The notes below the pieces were generated by a model that ran no database searches, had not been told where the DNA came from, and worked only from the letters and a program-made list of their open reading frames with translations. From positions 108,838 through 172,837 of IMG/VR virus record IMGVR_UViG_3300042013_000045: DNA of 64,000 nucleotides; one strand, given 5' to 3'. Position numbers and translations under genes: made by a program. This DNA comes from a virus. This document shows positions 29,592 through 34,676 of the stretch, one piece after another (the stretch's first letter is position 1; each line of letters starts with the position of its first letter).

Positions 29592-30250
29592 AGGACTAAC
29601 TCCAGAACAGGTCTCCACGCAGACCATGGATAAGTGTTGTTCGCGCCCATGTCGAGATAAGTGCTTGCCGAGATACTGGCACGACCACGTGTCTCGTTGA
29701 TGGTACCGAATCCGCCGTTGATAGCATACTCCTGGGTCTGCCAGAAGTCACCGGTGACATATGTAGAGTACGGAACAATCTTGCAGAGCTCAGCGTGAGG
29801 GATGTTGTCCCACTTCTGCAACCCACCAGGTCCTTCAGTACACACACGGTACATTAACTGGCTCCACTCACTACCATCCAGACCCGCTTGGTTCTGAGTA
29901 GCGCCACCTTTCATCAGACGGACCTTGTAGGTCTTCCCTTGAATGACGATGGTTTTACTACCGTTTACCACGTTGCGTCCTTGCAGATACAAGTGAGTCA
30001 GGTTCTGACGGATACCTTGTTTAGCTACAAAGAGCGTCTTGCCCTTGTACGCAAACTTCATCCAACTGGTGTCAGGGTTAATGCTGCTACCCTGCACGAT
30101 GCCTAACTGGGTAATCAACTCAGCAGGGGTGATGAGTTTGGCCTGAGAGATCTGTCCGTAATATCCCAGTTGGAGGTCGCCGAACAAAAGCTTAGTGCCT
30201 TCTGGTGTGGGCTTAAAATGCCCAGCGACTTGTAGCAAACGACTATTCAT
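29588..30250 (-). CDS. Virion structural protein (paralogue of 24114..24731)
   Basis: MNSRLLQVAG, YKVRLMKGG, SEWSQLMYRV, WRPVLEL. Confidence 0.75.
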   Translation of the reverse strand: MNSRLLQVAGHFKPTPEGTKLLFGDLQLGYYGQISQAKLITPAELITQLGIVQGSSINPDTSWMKFAYKGKTLFVAKQGIRQNLTHLYLQGRNVVNGSKTIVIQGKTYKVRLMKGGATQNQAGLDGSEWSQLMYRVCTEGPGGLQKWDNIPHAELCKIVPYSTYVTGDFWQTQEYAINGGFGTINETRGRASISASTYLDMGANNTYPWSAWRPVLELVL

Positions 30251-30328
30251 ACTGGCGTACCGTTTTGGTGATGGACATACGATACGGCGGCATAAAAGCC
30301 CCTAGCGCTTGGCTAGGGGCGTGTTCTA

Positions 30329-30517
30329 TCAATTACCCTGACCAACCCACACACCGTCGTTGAAAGTGCGCTCAAGGTCAGCACGGTAGCGTTCACATTT
30401 AAGCCAACGTCCTTTGATCATGGGCCACGTACTGTCGCCACAAACCACTACCCAACTCCATGGATGCCAACTGCGCTTTTCTAATCGATGACGAGGAACA
30501 TACTCTTCAGGCATCAC
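30329..30517 (-). CDS. Hypothetical protein
   Basis: 62 aa, AGGAG RBS, flanked by terminators. Confidence 0.6.
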   Translation of the reverse strand: MMPEEYVPRHRLEKRSWHPWSWVVVCGDSTWPMIKGRWLKCERYRADLERTFNDGVWVGQGN

Positions 30518-30527
30518 ACTCTCCTAG

Positions 30528-30562
30528 GCGGTATAAGAGCCTGTCCTTCGGGACAGGCTCTC
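30528..30562 (-). terminator. Terminator closing the tRNA/ncRNA operon
   Basis: gagcctgtcc-ttcg-ggacaggctc. Confidence 0.8.
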
Positions 30563-30569
30563 AGGATTT

Positions 30570-30964
30570 ACTGGTGACTCGGTCAACGGTTGGAATTCCG
30601 CCTCCTATGCAACTTAGACTTCAAGACCCGCCCACCATTGGATTCAGGTTACCGACAGCTACCAGTTCCACCTAGTTACCATGAGTACCCTACTTGAAGA
30701 ATGCAACTTCCCCTGTGTTAAGTCTGTTTTATTCCATGAGGAATGACCAGACGGTCACCATGGAGCGCCCAAGAGACTGGAGTTCGGGTTCTACCAGTAC
30801 GTCATGTCAGCCTAGTTCAAAGCCCTTGATCGGCTCTTCTGCTGCATGTGTCCTCGCTTGTATTCCTGATCAGAGGAGTACTCGCTCAGAATAGACTATA
30901 GGGCGACTTCGACTTAACTTCGTTGCTGCGACAAAGACGAGGAGCCTTGCGACTCCTTATCAGT
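30570..30964 (-). ncRNA. Unknown ~395-nt structured RNA
   Basis: No credible ORF; GGAGTC-GCAA-GGCTCC GNRA hairpin, long-range GTTAAGTC/GACTTAAC and CTTCAAG/CTTGAAG helices, TCCATG/CATGGA. Confidence 0.6.
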
Positions 30965-30967
30965 GTT

Positions 30968-31044
30968 TGGCTCCATGACCAGGATTCGAACCTGGGACAA
31001 ACGCGTTAACAGCGCGCTACTCTACCGGACTGAGTTATCATGGA
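30968..31044 (-). tRNA. tRNA-Asn(GTT)
   Basis: Full cloverleaf; GCGCG-CT GTT AA-CGCGT; TTCGAAT; CCA. Confidence 0.95.
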
Positions 31045-31055
31045 ATTGAATGGTG

Positions 31056-31292
31056 TTACGCTGCGACTGGTGTGTACCAAGGCAGCGTATGGTCAAGCAT
31101 CATGGGAATGTAAGCGCGTTCACGATTGGTACGTTCAGACCAGTAGTTACCATCCCGGCAACGTTCCATCGAGATCGAGTACACTTTACCATCCTCAAAC
31201 TTGAACCACGAAGGGCCGAAGCCGTCCGTTCCATCGGTGTAGTGTGTTGCTCCAACAGGAGCCTTGATGCACTGGTACTCTGCTGGCAACAT
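31056..31292 (-). CDS. Hypothetical protein within RNA cluster
   Basis: 78 aa, APVGATHY motif. Confidence 0.6.
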   Translation of the reverse strand: MLPAEYQCIKAPVGATHYTDGTDGFGPSWFKFEDGKVYSISMERCRDGNYWSERTNRERAYIPMMLDHTLPWYTPVAA

Positions 31293-31317
31293 GGTGCTTT
31301 ACCGATGGTTGTTGAAA

Positions 31318-31620
31318 TGGTGCCCACTGCCGGGATTTACCCAGGACCAACATGCTCCGCTCCACTAGACCTGCACACAATGGCTGTCAAGGGTGGCGCT
31401 GTCGTTTTCAACGGACATGGAAAGCCGTCCAGCAATACGACCGGCATTAACCCTAAGGCATGGCACAGTCGTACTCCCGGACATTCGGGTGCTCGACCAC
31501 TACGCTCCAGTCATGTCGTCCCCGTCGGGGATCTGTCACGTCGTAGCAGCCGAACATTAAAAGGCTCTCTACCAGCCAAGCACCTTTACTTGCTACGAGA
31601 GCAAGGAGGGATACGAGCAC
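31318..31620 (-). ncRNA. Unknown ~300-nt structured RNA ending in ACCA
   Basis: Ends pair (GTGCTCGT/GTGGGCAC); 15-bp helix 31542-31556/31490-31504 with G-U pairs on minus strand; T-arm-like hairpin before ACCA. Confidence 0.65.
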
Positions 31621-31729
31621 TAGCAGAGTAGCAGTAGAAGAAATGTGCATCCGTCTTACTATCGGAAGCTCAGAGGTCTGTTTCCAGACACGAGAGCCCG
31701 CGCCAGCAGCTTTCACTGCCACTCCCCAC
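31621..31729 (-). ncRNA. Unknown ~110-nt structured RNA
   Basis: 11-bp closing helix GGAGTGGCAGT/ACTGCTACTCT; GTCTG-GAAA-CAGAC hairpin. Confidence 0.55.
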
Positions 31730-31731
31730 AA

Positions 31732-31920
31732 TTGAATGTATCCCCTAGGTCACGTTCTTTCTGAGGCAGAACTCGAATCTGCAATGAGTCACGCTCTGAT
31801 GCCCGAAGGCCGCACGCTCCTCTCACCAACGGACAGGCAGCCACAATGGACTAAGGTTTCCACTTTAAGAGGCTTCAACCAAGGGTATACCAGTTCCCCC
31901 ACTCGTAGGGACACATTCAA
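31732..31920 (-). ncRNA. tRNA-like RNA with extended terminal stem and branched anticodon-replacing domain
   Basis: 13-15-bp terminal stem; D-arm GGG-GAACTGGTATA-CCC; T-arm GCAGA-TTCGAGT-TCTGC; no CCA. Confidence 0.7.
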
Positions 31921-31928
31921 AATGAAGC

Positions 31929-32114
31929 TTATCGTTCGTAAACGATGGTGAAGCTCGAGCGACCAGCGGTCACGATACGGCCAACGAGTTCTTCGTCAGT
32001 GTAGGACTGTTTGGGACTGGAGGCTGAGACAGGGTCAAAGCCGAGATGCTTGAAGTCAGCGCCATTCAGGACTTTGCCAGTATCAGCAACACGCTTAACA
32101 GCTTCAACGTTCAT
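31929..32114 (-). CDS. Hypothetical protein within RNA cluster
   Basis: 61 aa, AAGGAG RBS. Confidence 0.65.
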   Translation of the reverse strand: MNVEAVKRVADTGKVLNGADFKHLGFDPVSASSPKQSYTDEELVGRIVTAGRSSFTIVYER

Positions 32115-32132
32115 CGGAGACTCCTTAGGAAA

Positions 32133-32244
32133 TGGTAGTGCCGCCTGGAGTCGAACCAGGGACTTCTTTCTGATGGTGAGCGGCTAGCTCCACTCGAGGT
32201 GGAGCCGCTCGGGGAAAGGTCTCTACCAACTGAGATACGGCACT
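32133..32244 (-). ncRNA. tRNA-like RNA with a 36-nt hairpin insertion in the anticodon loop
   Basis: Perfect acceptor AGTGCCG/CGGCACT-A-CCA, D-arm, T-arm, stem CTTTC/GAAAG enclosing 43 nt instead of 7. Confidence 0.85.
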
Positions 32245-32265
32245 GATCAAGCATGTTGCAGGAAA

Positions 32266-32343
32266 TGGAAGGGGTGACTGGATTCGAACCAGTGATCGCG
32301 GGATCAAAACCCGCTGCCTTGGGCCGGACTAGGCGACACCCCA
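32266..32343 (-). tRNA. tRNA-Gln(TTG)
   Basis: GCGGG-TT TTG AT-CCCGC; TTCGAAT; CCA. Confidence 0.93.
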
Positions 32344-32351
32344 ATTAAAGC

Positions 32352-32500
32352 GTTAGAAGAAGCGGACGAGCGAGATTCAAACTCGCGGATGGATAACTAT
32401 AGCCCCATGGCAGGCAGCCTCCACTCTAGCTCATGTATCGATCGGCGCTACCCGATATATCAACGTTCAACCACTCCGTCACCGAACGCTTCTTCTGAAC
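32352..32500 (-). ncRNA. tRNA-like RNA with extended terminal stem and branched middle domain
   Basis: AGAAGAAGCG/CGCTTCTTCT stem; D-arm ACG-GAGTGGTTGAA-CGT; T-arm GCGAG-TTTGAAT-CTCGC; no CCA. Confidence 0.7.
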
Positions 32501-32501
32501 A

Positions 32502-32589
32502 AGGCCCCGAGGGATGGATTCGAACCATCGACCTGCACCTGGAGGAATTACCTCGCAGACATCGCTCTAACCAACTGAGCTACCCAGGG
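32502..32589 (-). ncRNA. tRNA-like RNA with elongated anticodon arm (no standard anticodon)
   Basis: TAGCTCAGTTGGTTAGAGC D-arm, GATGG-TTCGAAT-CCATC T-arm; 28-nt arm capped by GAGG-TAATT-CCTC; ends GCCT. Confidence 0.75.
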
Positions 32590-32794
32590 GATCACGCTGT
32601 GAAAACGTACGCAAGAAGATGCTCTCAGCTATCGTCCAGATCGTCCCAGTGGGAGCGTCCTTAGTAGGTGTGAGGTTAGTGTACACGACCATCGGCCATG
32701 AACAGTCCTGAGCATGTCTTGCGATATGAAGCACCTTGAACTCAAGACCACTAGGAGACTTGTAGGTCTCATGTTGCTCAATGGTCTCAAGCAT
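32567..32794 (-). CDS. DUF1653-like small protein
   Basis: YKS..G..FKVLHIARH......VVY......IW......F pattern; AGGA RBS; 3' end overlaps the tRNA-like gene. Confidence 0.6.
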   Translation of the reverse strand: MLETIEQHETYKSPSGLEFKVLHIARHAQDCSWPMVVYTNLTPTKDAPTGTIWTIAESIFLRTFSQRDPLGSSVG

Positions 32795-32808
32795 GATGCT
32801 TTCCTAAT

Positions 32809-32896
32809 TGGTGGAGAGAGAAGGATTCGAACCTTCGAAGTGCGGTCGCACATCAGATTTACAGTCTGGTCCCTTTGGCCACTCGGGAACCTCTCC
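32809..32896 (-). tRNA. tRNA-Tyr(GTA)
   Basis: CCAGA-CT GTA AA-TCTGA; long variable arm; ACCA. Confidence 0.95.
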
Positions 32897-32903
32897 GGGA
32901 AAT

Positions 32904-33010
32904 TGGTGGTCAGTACCGGGCTCTTAACCGGCTGCTTCATCTTTCGATTAAACTGCCCCGACTCGTAAGCAGCGAAGGTTCTTCCAGTCAATGGGCGAAA
33001 CGCCCGATCG
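32904..33010 (-). ncRNA. Degenerate tRNA-like RNA ending in ACCA
   Basis: CCGG-TTAAGAGC-CCGG T-arm-like hairpin then ACTGACC-A-CCA; GGGCG-TTT-CGCCC hairpin at 5' end. Confidence 0.45.
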
Positions 33011-33018
33011 GCTGTAGG

Positions 33019-33095
33019 TGGCGGGCCAAGCAGGATTCGAACCTACGACATCTGGTTTTGGAGACCAGCGCTCTGCCAGACTGAGCTATAGACCC
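33019..33095 (-). tRNA. tRNA-Trp(CCA)
   Basis: CTGGT-CT CCA AA-ACCAG; TTCGAAT; GCCA. Confidence 0.95.
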
Positions 33096-33106
33096 TGAAG
33101 CAGTGA

Positions 33107-33781
33107 TCACTCGTGAGTGGTAGACAACTCACTAATGATGCACACCGAGCCGTCTTCATCAGAGGTTGAGTCTGTGTAGTCGACTTGGTTGTAGATGCCA
33201 CCATGGAACTGGAGGATCTGGTCTTTCCACGAACTGTCCAAACGAAGCGCAGGGCACGTAGACTTACGTCCTTGGCACAGCGCATTGACAGATACGGAAC
33301 CAGCCGCAGTTACATGAACACTGATCTTGAACGGAACACCCAAGGGTACGTTTTCCAGTATGGTACTGTTAACGATCGCAGGGTCAGCGAAACTGGCTCG
33401 GAAGCCAATGGTCAGCTTACCCTTGTTCCAGAACACTTTCAGCGGTGGTGTGTTAGCGTTTTTAACATGCACTTGAGCAACCACAACCTTGGAGGCTGAG
33501 TTGACCTTTACCAGTGTCATCTCTTGACGACTCCAGTGATGGAGAGCGCTAGACAATGGCCAGTACTCGACTTCCTTCCATTCTGTGCGAGTGCGATGAA
33601 CGCTCTTGCTCGATGCACCCTTAGTAGGAGCGGTGAATTGAACGGAACCGTCTTCAAGCTGAACAACGCAACTCGGGCAGTTAGCCAGTGCGTAGTCACC
33701 CATGACCTCCAATGCAACTGGATTGGTCAGCGAAACGGGAAGCGGAGTAGCTATTTTGTACTGCGAAATATCAACGAACAT
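33107..33781 (-). CDS. Polysaccharide lyase family 7 (alginate lyase)
   Basis: PL7 motifs RTEWKE, QVH, FHGGIYNQ; start reset to MFVDISQ because the longer ORF runs into tRNA-Asp. Confidence 0.85.
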   Translation of the reverse strand: MFVDISQYKIATPLPVSLTNPVALEVMGDYALANCPSCVVQLEDGSVQFTAPTKGASSKSVHRTRTEWKEVEYWPLSSALHHWSRQEMTLVKVNSASKVVVAQVHVKNANTPPLKVFWNKGKLTIGFRASFADPAIVNSTILENVPLGVPFKISVHVTAAGSVSVNALCQGRKSTCPALRLDSSWKDQILQFHGGIYNQVDYTDSTSDEDGSVCIISELSTTHE

Positions 33782-33830
33782 GTTCAGTCTCTCAGCGTGG
33801 GTGCATAAGATGACGAACAGTTCTAGAATG

Positions 33831-33907
33831 TGGCGCCTCGTACCGGACTCGAACCGGTGACCCCTAGCGTGACAGGCTAGTACTCTAACCAACTGAGCTA
33901 ACGAAGC
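33831..33907 (-). tRNA. tRNA-Asp(GTC)
   Basis: CTAGC-CT GTC AC-GCTAG; TTCGAGT; GCCA. Confidence 0.95.
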
Positions 33908-33968
33908 GGATGTGAAGTTCCCGGCGTTTGGCTACGACGAAGTCGATCTGCATGCGGCGGGTTCTTCA

Positions 33969-33997
33969 CATAAGGTATTGATAAGCAGGAATTTTTT
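33969..33997 (-). promoter_or_regulatory. Promoter of the tRNA/ncRNA operon (AATTCC-N4-TATCAAT-N4-TATG)
   Basis: AAAAAATTCCTGCTTATCAATACCTTATG; followed by leader hairpin 33911-33970. Confidence 0.6.
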
Positions 33998-34490
33998 ACA
34001 CGATGAGTGCCCAAGTACCCGTTAAAGGCAGAGGAGTAGGGAAGTGCCAACGGATGTAACTGGTCCCCGCAGTAGCGTTCCATTCCCAGTTGATCATCTC
34101 GCCGATGACGCCATTAACAGAACAGTTCCCAAAATCGAGCCCTGTAATGTCCCCGGCGATTGCCATTTCGATCCACTGCACCGAAGGGGCGTCCAAGAAC
34201 ACGGTGTTCTCGGTGATGACGTACATCCCCTGAGATTGCTTGGTGGAGGTAGGGCTTGCTGAACCACCTGTGGCTTGTCCATGAAACCCCCAGATGTCCA
34301 GTCCCGGTGAAAGGTTACCATGACCGACTGTGATGGTACCGTTATAGATGTTGTTCTTGGGGGCGACTCCCACAGTCTGTTTCCAGATGCCGCCTACCTT
34401 TACAAAGACAGCCTTACTCAGCTTCCATGTACCGGCTACCTTGATTGCTGGCCAGACTCGTTTCCACAGACCACTCACATTAAGCTTCAT
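33996..34490 (-). CDS. Putative tail-tip adhesin
   Basis: N-terminal triple KVxGxWK repeats shared with 38525..39172; beta-rich C-domain. Confidence 0.65.
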   Translation of the reverse strand: MKLNVSGLWKRVWPAIKVAGTWKLSKAVFVKVGGIWKQTVGVAPKNNIYNGTITVGHGNLSPGLDIWGFHGQATGGSASPTSTKQSQGMYVITENTVFLDAPSVQWIEMAIAGDITGLDFGNCSVNGVIGEMINWEWNATAGTSYIRWHFPTPLPLTGTWALIV

Positions 34491-34510
34491 TTCGTTCACC
34501 ATTAGTAAGC

Positions 34511-34547
34511 AGCATAAAAGAGACCTGTCCCTTTTCAGGGACAGGTC
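34511..34547 (-). terminator. Hairpin terminator + TTTTATGC
   Basis: gacctgtccct-tttc-agggacaggtc. Confidence 0.8.
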
Positions 34548-34548
34548 G

Positions 34549-34655
34549 GTACAGGCGCCGGTGGAGTGCATGCAACTGTTTCCCAACGTTGCTCATCACT
34601 CCGGGAAGGAACTAGGCTGGATCACCCCCTTACGTGCAGTCGAAACTGCCTGTAC
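34549..34655 (-). ncRNA. Free-standing ~107-nt small RNA
   Basis: Starts at the G of a TATG late motif; ends pair GTACAGGC/GCCTGTAC; own terminator. Confidence 0.6.
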
Positions 34656-34676
34656 ATAGGATGTGTCTTTTAGCCA

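Noticed and set aside
30570-30964. RNase P RNA
   Set aside because: GAGGAAAGUCC and the matching 3' P4 signature were not found
31318-31729. tmRNA call
   Set aside because: Ends in ACCA but lacks the G3-U70 Ala acceptor, canonical T-loop and a visible tag frame; kept as unknown ncRNA
31793-31815. Hammerhead ribozyme core (CTGATG...GAA on + strand)
   Set aside because: No CUGAnGA/GAAA core or flanking helices; opposite strand to the operon
31732-31920. 6S RNA or YrlA Y RNA
   Set aside because: Length is similar to 6S but D/T arms indicate a tRNA fold; arm order is not permuted as in YrlA and no Ro60 gene is in the window
33782-33892. N-terminal extension of the PL7 ORF
   Set aside because: Overlaps tRNA-Asp; true start is more likely 33781
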